64,000 bases of DNA from an uncultured Bacteroidales bacterium (GTDB lineage: Bacteria > Bacteroidota > Bacteroidia > Bacteroidales > Bacteroidaceae): positions 10,930-74,929 of the forward strand of contig CACZCX010000001.1 of assembly GCA_902779875.1 (NCBI GenBank), in the 5' to 3' direction. Under the pieces are notes generated by a model. That model saw nothing but the letters and a program-made list of their open reading frames with translations, was not told the DNA's origin and ran no database searches. Each line of letters begins with the position of its first letter. The stretch's first letter is position 1. Below, in pieces: positions 7,989 to 17,013 of the stretch. A program made the translations under genes and the position numbers.

Positions 7989-10377
7989 ACTTCATCTTGA
8001 CTGTGACCTTTTTGCCGCTATAGCTAACGGACTTGGGTTCGCTTCGCCTGCCGTCCCTGATCAGGACTAAGCGGAAGGTGCGGTTGGCTATCATGCCGTC
8101 ATATGATCCCTGCCTTGCACCGATAGTGAGTTTGCCTGACTTGTCGTTCCAACTGAATCCGATGGTGCTGAATGCGCCCTTCTCGTAGTTGTAGTTGTCA
8201 AACTCATCCTCATAGAGGCAGAGCTTACCGTCTGCACCGGCATATACCAGTATCTCAAGGTCATCCCACGGTTTCTCTGTGGAGTACTGTACATCAGGGC
8301 CGATGGGCAGGATGCTTCCGGCCTTTACATAGAGCGGGATGCTCTTGATATTTACTTCACGCTCTATCTCCTGGCCGCCTTCAAACAGCTTTCCGGTCTC
8401 AAAGTCATACCACTTTGTACCTGCAGGCAGATATACCTTGGTGCTCTTGGGGGCGTTGAAATCCACATCGCCTATTCCTGCGCGGCTCTTGCTTACGGCC
8501 CTTTCGGGGGTATATTTGGCTTCAAGCACCGGAGCTACCAGGAGTGAGCGGCCGAACATGAACTCGTTACCTATGTTCCAGACGTTCTTATCGGCTTTGA
8601 AATCCATCATGAGGGCACGCTGGTAGGTGCCGTTGTTGGCATTTACGTCATGGGCCAGCGAGTAGATATACGGCAGCAGGCTGTAACGCAGCTTTACTGC
8701 ACCGAGCAGGGCGTCATAGACAGGTTCGCCGGCCTTGCCGTAATAGTATAGCTCACGCGGAACCTCGGTGCCGTGACTGCGCATCATGGGACAGAACACG
8801 CCGTACTGCATCCAGCGTACATAGAGTTCCTGGTAGAGAGGGTTCTGTGTGGCGCTGCCGTCTTGAGAGCGCTCGTTATAGCTGTTGGCAAAGAATCCGC
8901 CCAGGTCACTGTTGAAGTTGGGGTTGCCGGTCAGGGCAAAGTTAAGGCCTGCGGGAACCTGATTGCGCAGTGAGTTCCAGTTGGACTGCACATCGCCGGA
9001 CCAGGTGTTGGAGCCGTAGCGCTGCTGGCCTGCAAATACCGAGCGGGTGAGTATGAGCACACGCTTGTCACTGCCGTTCTCCATGGCGCGCTGGTTGTCA
9101 TAGACACCGCCTACTGCCATCAGAGGGAATGCGTTGCGTACGCGACGGAACGGTCCCATGGCTGTGGGCAGGTCCAGATCCTCCTCCTTAAAGTCCAGAT
9201 GGTCAGGTTCAGTTGAATCCATCCACCATCCGTCTATGTCCTGGTCATAAAGGCGGGTTAAGTGGCTCCAGTATATGTCACGAGCCTCTTTGTTGAAGGG
9301 ATCATATGGGCGAACCCCCGATGGGTAATCCATTCTGGGAGGCCATTCGGACAGTCCGCTCTGAGGCCAGGTCTGAAAATCCAGCAGCATCCCCTTGGGT
9401 TGGAGCTCACGGTAAGGCTTGGTCATGGGACCGAACGATGACCATATGGAAATCATCAGCTTGGCGTTCTGGTCATGGATATGTTTGATCCAACGCTCGG
9501 GATTGCTGAAATCGGGGTTGTTGAACTCCATGGCGTTCCAGAGGTAGTTGTCACCCCAGTACTGCCAGTCCTGGATCATGACGTCAATGGGTACACCATC
9601 GGCACGGTAGCGGTCCAGTACATCGGTCAGTTCACGTGATGTCTTGTAGCGCTCGCGGCTCTGCATGAATCCGAAACTCCAAAGTGGCAGCATGGGTACG
9701 GTGCCGGTGAGCTGGCGTATGCCTGCAATCACTCCGTCGGCGTCACCGCCGTAGATGAAGTAATAGTCTATGCAGCCTCCGTTATCGGATATGAACTGGA
9801 AACCGTTCTCGTTTGAAATGAACGTGGTGGGTGAGTAGTTGTCCCAGAACAGGCCGTAACCCTTGATGGACTGTATGATGTTGCAGTAGTCATCGGTATT
9901 GCCCTGGATCATGCGGCGGTTGGTTCCGCGCATATCCATACGGCCCTCCTGCAGTATTCCTACACCGTATATGGGTTCGTCGGCATCGGTCTTGAATGTC
10001 TGTCTTACGCCGGCATCGGAATAGAGAGGTTTCTCAGGTGTGGGCTCGTTAATGGATGATACGTTTTCCATAAGCAGCAGATTGCCCTTGTTGTCCCTGA
10101 AAGAGACATTGCCGCCCAGGACATTTACAGTGAGTATGTCAGTCTTATAAACGTCAATAACAACGTTCTTGTCCAGTTTCTCCTGGGACTTGGTCACCTT
10201 GACCTGCTGGGGCTGCATGGTGACTGACAGGCTCTTCTTAGAGTCATTGTTCTGGTTGGAGGCCTTGTAGATGCGGACTATTGAAGGTGAGTAGAATGTA
10301 ACCTCCACTTTTGTCTGCTGGGCTTGTGCGCTGAAAAATCCGGTCAGCGCAATCATCAGGGTCAGTATCTTTTTCAT
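7987..10377 (-). CDS. Glycoside hydrolase family 31 (alpha-glucosidase/alpha-xylosidase type), secreted
   Basis: Signal peptide MKKILTLMIALTGFFSAQAQ. GH31 catalytic-region motifs DVMIQDWQYW and GWWMDSTEPD. Confidence 0.85.
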   Translation of the reverse strand: MKKILTLMIALTGFFSAQAQQTKVEVTFYSPSIVRIYKASNQNNDSKKSLSVTMQPQQVKVTKSQEKLDKNVVIDVYKTDILTVNVLGGNVSFRDNKGNLLLMENVSSINEPTPEKPLYSDAGVRQTFKTDADEPIYGVGILQEGRMDMRGTNRRMIQGNTDDYCNIIQSIKGYGLFWDNYSPTTFISNENGFQFISDNGGCIDYYFIYGGDADGVIAGIRQLTGTVPMLPLWSFGFMQSRERYKTSRELTDVLDRYRADGVPIDVMIQDWQYWGDNYLWNAMEFNNPDFSNPERWIKHIHDQNAKLMISIWSSFGPMTKPYRELQPKGMLLDFQTWPQSGLSEWPPRMDYPSGVRPYDPFNKEARDIYWSHLTRLYDQDIDGWWMDSTEPDHLDFKEEDLDLPTAMGPFRRVRNAFPLMAVGGVYDNQRAMENGSDKRVLILTRSVFAGQQRYGSNTWSGDVQSNWNSLRNQVPAGLNFALTGNPNFNSDLGGFFANSYNERSQDGSATQNPLYQELYVRWMQYGVFCPMMRSHGTEVPRELYYYGKAGEPVYDALLGAVKLRYSLLPYIYSLAHDVNANNGTYQRALMMDFKADKNVWNIGNEFMFGRSLLVAPVLEAKYTPERAVSKSRAGIGDVDFNAPKSTKVYLPAGTKWYDFETGKLFEGGQEIEREVNIKSIPLYVKAGSILPIGPDVQYSTEKPWDDLEILVYAGADGKLCLYEDEFDNYNYEKGAFSTIGFSWNDKSGKLTIGARQGSYDGMIANRTFRLVLIRDGRRSEPKSVSYSGKKVTVKMK

Positions 10378-12677
10378 TTTACGTTGATGTTATGATCGGC
10401 TTTTACAAATACGGGTATGCGGTCTGTAAAGACGGGAACGTCTACATAACCGCCTCCGCGGTAGATTTTCTCATCCTGGGAGTCAAAGAGTTTCCATCCG
10501 GCCTCGTAACGGGGCAGATAGACGCTCATGGTGGTGATTCCGGGCTCGGTAACCGGGCATACCAGCAGTGAGGGTCCGAACATATACTCGGTCTGCTGGC
10601 GGAGCGCCTCGTCATCGGTCGGGAAGTCAAAAACGAGCGGGCGCATCATGGTGTAGTTCTCACGGCTCACCTTCTCTGCGCACTCCAGGATATAGGGCAT
10701 GAGCCTGTAACGCAGGTCAATCTGGCGGCGGAAATTCTCCTGGGTCTCAGGGGAGTAGTTCCAGGGTTCGGTGCGGCTCATGTAGCCATGGACGCGCATG
10801 AACGGCAGGAATACGGCCGTCTGGATCCAGCGCATCATACGCTCCTGATAGTCGGCATCCGTGTACTGGTTGCCCGGACGGAAGAATCCGCCTGCGTCAT
10901 ATGTCCACCAGGGCTGTCCGGTGGCCATGAGGTTCAGTCCGCCTGCAATCTGGCGGCGCAGGGTCTCCCAGTCGTTGCCCACGTCACCTGACCAGTTCAC
11001 GGCTCCGTAACGCTGTATTCCGATGAATCCGCTGCGGGTGAGTATCATGGGGTCGCGGTCTGGCTGGTCTTTCTTAAGTCCGTTATAAACGGTCTCGTTC
11101 ACCTTGTTGGGGTAGGCGTTGCGGTAGAACTCACCGGGGATGGTACCGCCTGCCACCATACGGCCTTTGAGGTCATCGTTCTCAGGCTCGGTGGCGTCCT
11201 GCCACCATGCGTCTATACCTGTGGGCAGCAGCCGCTGGCTGAAGTTTTTCCAGTAGGCTCCGGCGGCATCGGGGTTGAAGAAATCAATCCAGTCAGTGCC
11301 GTCTATGTAATAACCGGCGGCGTTCATCTCGCGGCCCACCTCACTGTTCTTGTCTATCTTGGACCATACGGAGAGCATGAGCCTCATGTCGAGAGAGTGG
11401 AGCTCATCGGTCATGGCCTTGGGGTCGGGGTATTTGTCCTCATCGAACTGCATGGCGTTCCAGCCGTATTTGCCCCACCACTGCCAATCCTGGACTATAA
11501 CACTGGTGCGGTAACCCTCGCTTACCAGACGGTGCGCGTTCTCGAGCAGCTCGTCCTGTGAGTCATAGCGCTCGCGGCAGTGTATGTATCCGAAAGCCCA
11601 CTCCGGCATGGAGGGAACCGTTCCTGTCAGGTTGCGGTAGGTGCCGATTATCTCATCGGCCGTTCCTGCGAATACGGTGTAGTCCAGGGCAACGGCTACG
11701 GGTGAACTGAATGTGGTGACATCGGTCACCTTTCTTATACCCACGGTGGGCTTGTCACCGCGTGATCCGCTCACCAGTATCTTGTGAGTACCCTTGGTCA
11801 GATGGGTTATGGCCGATGTGGTGGGCGGGAGCCAGGTGTTGTTGGCGTTGATGACGGTGTCACCGTCTATGAGTAGCAGCTGCTTGCGTGCCATGGCCTG
11901 GCCCACATCCAGAAGTATGGAGTAATCGGCATCGGCCTGAACCTGGAACTCACCGCTGAAATCGTTAAAGAAGCGGCGCTCACGCACGTTACCGGCCGTA
12001 CCTGTGGCGTTGACTGTGACTGATGTGCCGTCAGATCCCTGCTGCTCCAACTCTATTATGGTCTCCGATGGATTGAATTCGGTCAGTCCGTAGTTGTTCC
12101 ACAAAATGCCGTATCCCTTGTTGGATATGACCATCGGAATGGAAATCTGGGTGTTGACCTGGGTAAGGCGGCGTGTCAGTCCGCGCAGGTTCAGATAGCC
12201 GTCCTGGAACTGGCCGGTGCCGAACAGGAACTCATCGGACCCGGTCCTGAAGGACTGGCTTACCTCCAGCGAATTCAGCGACCCGGTCTGTCCTGACCTG
12301 ACCGAGCGTGATCCTTTAATCTCGGACAGGAGTCTTTTGCCCTTGGAATCAAAGAACACAACCTGCCCGGTACGGGTGTTCACCTTGGCTGTGAGTTGAG
12401 GTTTGAGGGTGCTTACGGTAACGGTATGTCCGGACCGGTTATACACCAAAGACTGTTTCTGGGAGGTTTCAGTGTAAATGAGTTCCTCAAGTTGGGGGAG
12501 CGGGATGCCGTCAGGCAGGAACCTGACTCTTATGGCTGCATCGGAGAGAGCCGTCAGTGAGAGTGTTCCGGCATCGGTGCTGATTGAAACCGTGTTGTCA
12601 TCGGACCGGACTTCTGCATTGGTGCAGGCGGAAAGGACAACAGTTGAAAGAAAGATACAAAGGATGGACTTTCGCAT
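10374..12677 (-). CDS. Glycoside hydrolase family 31, lipoprotein
   Basis: Motifs IVQDWQWW and AWWQDATEPE. I chose the internal ATG at 12677 (MRKSILCIFLSTVVLSAC, a lipobox) because a TACCTTTG box lies inside the longer ORF. There is a 4-nt overlap with the downstream GH31. Confidence 0.85.
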   Translation of the reverse strand: MRKSILCIFLSTVVLSACTNAEVRSDDNTVSISTDAGTLSLTALSDAAIRVRFLPDGIPLPQLEELIYTETSQKQSLVYNRSGHTVTVSTLKPQLTAKVNTRTGQVVFFDSKGKRLLSEIKGSRSVRSGQTGSLNSLEVSQSFRTGSDEFLFGTGQFQDGYLNLRGLTRRLTQVNTQISIPMVISNKGYGILWNNYGLTEFNPSETIIELEQQGSDGTSVTVNATGTAGNVRERRFFNDFSGEFQVQADADYSILLDVGQAMARKQLLLIDGDTVINANNTWLPPTTSAITHLTKGTHKILVSGSRGDKPTVGIRKVTDVTTFSSPVAVALDYTVFAGTADEIIGTYRNLTGTVPSMPEWAFGYIHCRERYDSQDELLENAHRLVSEGYRTSVIVQDWQWWGKYGWNAMQFDEDKYPDPKAMTDELHSLDMRLMLSVWSKIDKNSEVGREMNAAGYYIDGTDWIDFFNPDAAGAYWKNFSQRLLPTGIDAWWQDATEPENDDLKGRMVAGGTIPGEFYRNAYPNKVNETVYNGLKKDQPDRDPMILTRSGFIGIQRYGAVNWSGDVGNDWETLRRQIAGGLNLMATGQPWWTYDAGGFFRPGNQYTDADYQERMMRWIQTAVFLPFMRVHGYMSRTEPWNYSPETQENFRRQIDLRYRLMPYILECAEKVSRENYTMMRPLVFDFPTDDEALRQQTEYMFGPSLLVCPVTEPGITTMSVYLPRYEAGWKLFDSQDEKIYRGGGYVDVPVFTDRIPVFVKADHNINVK

Positions 12678-12706
12678 TAATGAATAGTGATTTAATTGGT
12701 TTACGA

Positions 12707-12714
12707 CAAAGGTA
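12707..12714 (-). promoter_or_regulatory. -7 promoter box (TACCTTTG) for the GH31 pair
   Basis: Exact TAnnTTTG on the minus strand 30 nt upstream of the ATG at 12677. Confidence 0.5.
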
Positions 12715-12794
12715 ATCAAAGTGATCCTTTCGGGAGAAATTTTTTGAGACAAAATAAAATACTTATCTTCAAAGCACCAATAAATTGACTTGTC

Positions 12795-13283
12795 ATGAAA
12801 AGAGTTTGCATTATTGCCTTAGCGGTATCGTTTTTATTCAGCCCTGCTCTCATGGGTCAGGGTGTTGAGCGCGTCCAGGAGTCCAAGACAGTCTATAAGA
12901 CCATTATTGACATGCTTCGTCACGAACCCGGTCTGACGATCATAGGCTCCGGCGAGGAGGGAGTCATGCCCAAGATGTATATCCGTGGCATCGGTACTAC
13001 AACAGACCAGTATCAGCCCCTTTTTGTGGTTGACGGACTTAAGACCGATGATATCATGTACGTAACACCTGAAAACGTCTACTCCATCAAGGTCATCAAG
13101 GACGGAACGACCGCCATCTACGGTATGGAGGGGGCCAACGGAGTGATTGAGATCCGTACCAAGGGAGCGGTCGAGGCGGAGATAAAGGCCAAGGAGAATA
13201 AGAAGGTCCTTAAAAAGGAGAAAAGAAAGGCCAGGAAGGCCCGAAAGAAACTGTCCTCCGCACCCTCAGACTCCATAAGATAA
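12795..13283 (+). CDS. Small secreted protein consisting of a TonB-dependent-receptor Plug-like domain plus a Lys-rich tail
   Basis: Signal peptide, then IRGIGTT...PLFVVDG...IYGMEGANGVIEIRTK (Plug-domain signature). It ends KKEKRKARKARKK. No beta-barrel follows. Confidence 0.6.
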   Translation: MKRVCIIALAVSFLFSPALMGQGVERVQESKTVYKTIIDMLRHEPGLTIIGSGEEGVMPKMYIRGIGTTTDQYQPLFVVDGLKTDDIMYVTPENVYSIKVIKDGTTAIYGMEGANGVIEIRTKGAVEAEIKAKENKKVLKKEKRKARKARKKLSSAPSDSIR

Positions 13284-13303
13284 CGTGATGTCAGTCCCTA
13301 CGG

Positions 13304-14353
13304 TCAGAAGCTGTAGATGGCCGAAACGGACAATCCCAGCCTGTTTAACCCCTCCCTCTGTTCCTTTTCGAGTTTTACGACCGATGTCACCCCTTCAGGA
13401 TCGGTGTGACTTATCGATGTGAGTGTTCCGGTGCAGTAACTGAGTTTGCCTCCTAATGACAATTCTTTCGTAATGTTGTATCCGTAGGCAAAGGTGCATA
13501 ACATTCCCAGTGTATTGCCGGTCATCTGTTCATGCAGGTTATTGAAGTGGTCCTCATATTTGTAGAATACGGGGCCGAAACCGATCTGAGTAAGGATGGT
13601 GTGTTTCTGGTTCAGAGAGACGGAACGTAAGGAATAGACAAGACTGTAAAAGACCATACTTACATTTGTAGTCAGCAGGCCTGATTCCTGTACTCCCTGA
13701 TACTCGAGCATGACATTGTCTTGTGACGTGGCATTGTATTTGTGGAATACCAATCCCAATCCCTGTCCGCTTTTGAAAATGTAGTTTATATCCAGGTTAA
13801 GGTTCGTTCCCCTGTTCAGTTTCTTAAGATGCTCTTTCTGATCCGGGGTAAGCTGGTCGCTTAACCTGTCAGTCCTGAATTCCACACCTGCTGAACCGCT
13901 TACAACCAGTCCGGGTTTCTGATCGGCTTTAATCTCAGGAAGAGATTCCGTATAGGTAAGGTCGTAGCTGTTGGTCTTGTTCAGGAATGCGGAGTCAGCC
14001 CTGAATACGAGAGTGTTGATACGGTGTATGTTTGAGGTCCAGATATCCGGTTCCAGATGCTGGTTTATGACCATAAAGTTTCCTCCTGCCTGCCAGGCCT
14101 CATTCTTGGCCAGGTTGACCACATTCTCATAGGTCCCGTTTTTTTTACTGGTAAAGCCGGTATCGGTAACCCTTACCGAACCGAGCAGTTCGGCATTCTC
14201 TGGTACAGCCTTTACGGTTTTGTTCTCAACCACAACTACATCCTGCGGGGAACTTACCGAAGGGGGATAGGTCTTTTGGAAAGAAGGTATCACTTTAGGT
14301 GAACATGAAACAATGACAAGTGCAAGCGGGATGAAAAGGGAATGAATTCTCAT
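13304..14353 (-). CDS. Hypothetical outer-membrane lipoprotein / beta-barrel protein
   Basis: Lipobox LALVIVSCS. The C-terminal half has alternating hydrophobic strands and ends ...SAIYSF (aromatic terminal residue typical of OMPs). I recognise no family. Confidence 0.5.
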   Translation of the reverse strand: MRIHSLFIPLALVIVSCSPKVIPSFQKTYPPSVSSPQDVVVVENKTVKAVPENAELLGSVRVTDTGFTSKKNGTYENVVNLAKNEAWQAGGNFMVINQHLEPDIWTSNIHRINTLVFRADSAFLNKTNSYDLTYTESLPEIKADQKPGLVVSGSAGVEFRTDRLSDQLTPDQKEHLKKLNRGTNLNLDINYIFKSGQGLGLVFHKYNATSQDNVMLEYQGVQESGLLTTNVSMVFYSLVYSLRSVSLNQKHTILTQIGFGPVFYKYEDHFNNLHEQMTGNTLGMLCTFAYGYNITKELSLGGKLSYCTGTLTSISHTDPEGVTSVVKLEKEQREGLNRLGLSVSAIYSF

Positions 14354-14433
14354 ATGCTACAACAAGGTTATTACTATAATGCGAAAGTATGACTAATTGG
14401 AATAAAAACCGTCGTTCATATGGTAAAAGATTT

Positions 14434-14441
14434 TAATTTTG
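14434..14441 (+). promoter_or_regulatory. -7 promoter box (TAATTTTG) for the lytic transglycosylase gene
   Basis: Exact TAnnTTTG 27 nt upstream of the ATG at 14468 and downstream of the longest-ORF start at 14420. Confidence 0.45.
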
Positions 14442-14467
14442 CGTCCCGGAACTTACCGTTTTATATT

Positions 14468-15388
14468 ATGAAATTCAGACTGCTTACTGCCATCACAATG
14501 TGCCTTTCAGCCTTTTTTGCTGAACTTACCGCCCAGAACGTAACCGTTCCGCCATCGGTTCCCGATCAAGTCGTATTTGCCGGACAGACCATCAAGCTTG
14601 ACCGTGCCGACCTCAGGGAGCGCATGGACCGTGAACTTATAGCCTTCACCTATTCGCATAACATGTCAACCCTTATGATAAAGAGGGCCAACCGTTATTT
14701 CCCTGAGATAGAACCCATCCTTGAACGTATGGGTGTGCCCGAAGACCTTAAATACCTGATGGTGATTGAGAGCAACCTGGACCCCCAGGCAGCGTCGGGA
14801 GCCGGTGCCGCCGGTCTGTGGCAGTTCACCCAGAGCACGGGTCGCGCATACGGACTGGAGGTCAATGCCAATATCGATGAGCGTTACAATACCGTCAAGG
14901 CAACCGAGGCAGCCTGCCGTTTCCTCATGGAGGCTTACGGCAAGTACGGCAACTGGATGACGGTAGCCGCCAGCTATAACGGCGGCCAGCAGGGTATGGA
15001 CCGTCGCATCGAGGCCCAACATCAGACCGATGCCCTGAATATGTGGCTGGTCGATGAGACGTCACGCTATATGTTCCGTCTGCTTGCAGTCAAGATGATG
15101 TTTGAGAATCCCTCGCTGTTCGGTTTCTCATTCAAGCGCGAGGACCTCTACCCCTATATTCCCGTAAAGGAACAGGTCAAGATAACCGATCCTGTTGATG
15201 ACCTGGTCAAGTTTGCCGAGGACCATAAGATATCATATGCGGACCTTAAGCGCGCCAATCTCTGGCTCAGGGAATCCAAACTCAACAACAAGTCACACCG
15301 CACCTATTACATCGATATTCCCGATGTAAAGAGCCAGCACTACAATCCTTCCAAGACCAAGGTACACAGTCCTGCCTGGGTAAAATAA
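14468..15388 (+). CDS. Lytic transglycosylase domain protein (SLT, GH23)
   Basis: Signal peptide MKFRLLTAITMCLSAFFA. SLT catalytic motif VIESNLDP...GAAGLWQF...YN. Confidence 0.8.
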   Translation: MKFRLLTAITMCLSAFFAELTAQNVTVPPSVPDQVVFAGQTIKLDRADLRERMDRELIAFTYSHNMSTLMIKRANRYFPEIEPILERMGVPEDLKYLMVIESNLDPQAASGAGAAGLWQFTQSTGRAYGLEVNANIDERYNTVKATEAACRFLMEAYGKYGNWMTVAASYNGGQQGMDRRIEAQHQTDALNMWLVDETSRYMFRLLAVKMMFENPSLFGFSFKREDLYPYIPVKEQVKITDPVDDLVKFAEDHKISYADLKRANLWLRESKLNNKSHRTYYIDIPDVKSQHYNPSKTKVHSPAWVK

Positions 15389-15437
15389 GAGATCCTTATT
15401 TGTAGGGATTTCTCCTGATTTTTGGGTGAACATAAAG

Positions 15438-15467
15438 AAAAAGGCCAGTCTCACGACTAGCCTTTTT
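15438..15467. terminator. Bidirectional rho-independent terminator between the convergent SLT gene and metK
   Basis: aaaaaggccagtc-tcac-gactagccttttt: stem with an A-run and a T-run on either side. Confidence 0.55.
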
Positions 15468-15657
15468 CGACCTGTTTTTCCAACTAAATCACTTTTAGCG
15501 GCACTTCGCCGCGTCCTTGATATAAATTAGTCTGTTTACGAGACTTTTCTGCAAATCCCGGTGTTGCTCGGAACCTGCAGACACTATATTGAGTTCGTAA
15601 ATATCAAAAAGTTAATTCCAAAACAATAAGATTTCACTCAATTTAACATCTCGTCAG

Positions 15658-16953
15658 CTATTTTAAGCCGAATTCCTTACGGATTATGTCAACGTAATCG
15701 AGTTTTTCCCAGGTGAACAGCTCAACTGTTACGGTGCGCTGAGGCAGGTAATGTGATGTAAACACTTTTGTCACAACCTCAGGTGTGCGGCCCATATGAC
15801 CGTATGCTGCAGTCTCACTGTAAATGGGGTTACGCAGTTTGAGACGGTTCTCGATTGCCTTGGGTCTCATGTCGAATATACGGTCCACGATTCTGGCAAT
15901 CTCGGAGTCAGGCATATTCACATGACTTGTTCCGTAGGTGTTAACGAAAATGTTAATGGGTTTGGCTACGCCGATGGCGTATGAAACCTGTACCAGTACC
16001 TCATCGGCCACACCTGCTGCGACCAGGTTCTTGGCTATATGACGTGTGGCGTAGGCTGCCGAGCGGTCCACCTTACTGGGGTCCTTGCCGCTGAATGCGC
16101 CGCCTCCGTGGGCTCCCTTGCCGCCGTAGGTATCGACAATGATCTTACGGCCGGTGAGACCTGTATCTCCGTGGGGTCCGCCTATCACGAACTTACCTGT
16201 GGGGTTTACAAAATATTTAATGTCCTTGCCGAACAGGGCCTTCACCTTGCTTGAAGTGATGGTCTCAAGGACACGGGGTATCAGTATGTTCCTGACATCG
16301 GATTCAATCTTGGCAAGCATCTTGCGGTCAGCCTCGAGCTGTGCCTCGACTGTGGCGTTATCGGGAGCGATGAATTCGTCATGCTGTGTGGATACCACGA
16401 TGGTGTCAATGCGCTGGGGCTTGCCGTTGTCATTATACTCTACGGTAACCTGGCTCTTGGAGTCGGGACGCAGGTAGGTCATGACCTTGCCCTCACGGCG
16501 TATCTCTGCAAGCACGCGCAGTATGCGGTGTGAGAGTGCCAGGGATACGGGCATGTACTCCTCTGTCTCATTGGTGGCGTAACCGAACATCATGCCCTGG
16601 TCGCCGGCACCCTGATTCTCGGGGTCCTCGCGCTCCACGCCACGGTTAATGTCGGCGCTCTGCTCATGAATGGCGCTGAATACACCGCAGGAGTCTCCGT
16701 CAAACTTGTACTCGGAGCGGGTATAGCCAATACGGTTAATCACTCGGCGGGCAGTCTCCTGCAGGTCAATATAGGCCTGTGACTTTACCTCACCTGCAAG
16801 CACCACCTGACCGGTGGTTACAAGGGTCTCACATGCGACCTTTGAGTCTGGATCAAAGGCCAGGAGTTCGTCTACGACAGCATCGGATATCTGATCCGCT
16901 ACTTTGTCTGGGTGTCCCTCGGACACCGATTCGGATGTGAATAAGTATGACAT
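15658..16953 (-). CDS. metK: S-adenosylmethionine synthase
   Basis: [19 protein letters not shown] and [16 protein letters not shown] motifs. 431 aa, collinear with MetK. Confidence 0.97.
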   Translation of the reverse strand: MSYLFTSESVSEGHPDKVADQISDAVVDELLAFDPDSKVACETLVTTGQVVLAGEVKSQAYIDLQETARRVINRIGYTRSEYKFDGDSCGVFSAIHEQSADINRGVEREDPENQGAGDQGMMFGYATNETEEYMPVSLALSHRILRVLAEIRREGKVMTYLRPDSKSQVTVEYNDNGKPQRIDTIVVSTQHDEFIAPDNATVEAQLEADRKMLAKIESDVRNILIPRVLETITSSKVKALFGKDIKYFVNPTGKFVIGGPHGDTGLTGRKIIVDTYGGKGAHGGGAFSGKDPSKVDRSAAYATRHIAKNLVAAGVADEVLVQVSYAIGVAKPINIFVNTYGTSHVNMPDSEIARIVDRIFDMRPKAIENRLKLRNPIYSETAAYGHMGRTPEVVTKVFTSHYLPQRTVTVELFTWEKLDYVDIIRKEFGLK

Positions 16954-16960
16954 AGGGCCG

Positions 16961-16968
16961 CAAAGGTA
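16961..16968 (-). promoter_or_regulatory. -7 promoter box (TACCTTTG) for metK
   Basis: Exact TAnnTTTG on the minus strand with only 7 nt between the box and the metK ATG (16953). Confidence 0.5.
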
Positions 16969-16980
16969 CGATTAAATTTT

Positions 16981-17013
16981 GAATTGAGAATTGAGAATTG
17001 AGAATTGAGAATT
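16981..17013. repeat. Tandem heptamer array (GAATTGA x4.7 on the plus strand, AATTCTC on the metK strand)
   Basis: Four perfect 7-nt units plus a partial unit. The array fills the gap between the DPP3 stop (17012-17014, overlapping the last unit) and the metK promoter box. Confidence 0.95.

Noticed and set aside
7987-12677. The tandem GH31 genes as part of a polysaccharide utilisation locus
   Set aside because: No SusC/SusD pair, hybrid two-component system or ECF/anti-sigma pair is adjacent. The neighbouring Plug-only ORF is divergent and lacks a barrel. I treat the pair as a simple two-gene glycosidase operon.
16954-17011. A SAM riboswitch upstream of metK
   Set aside because: The intergenic space is 58 nt and fully accounted for by a -7 box and the heptamer array. 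There is no room for a SAM-I, SAM-II or SAM-SAH aptamer.
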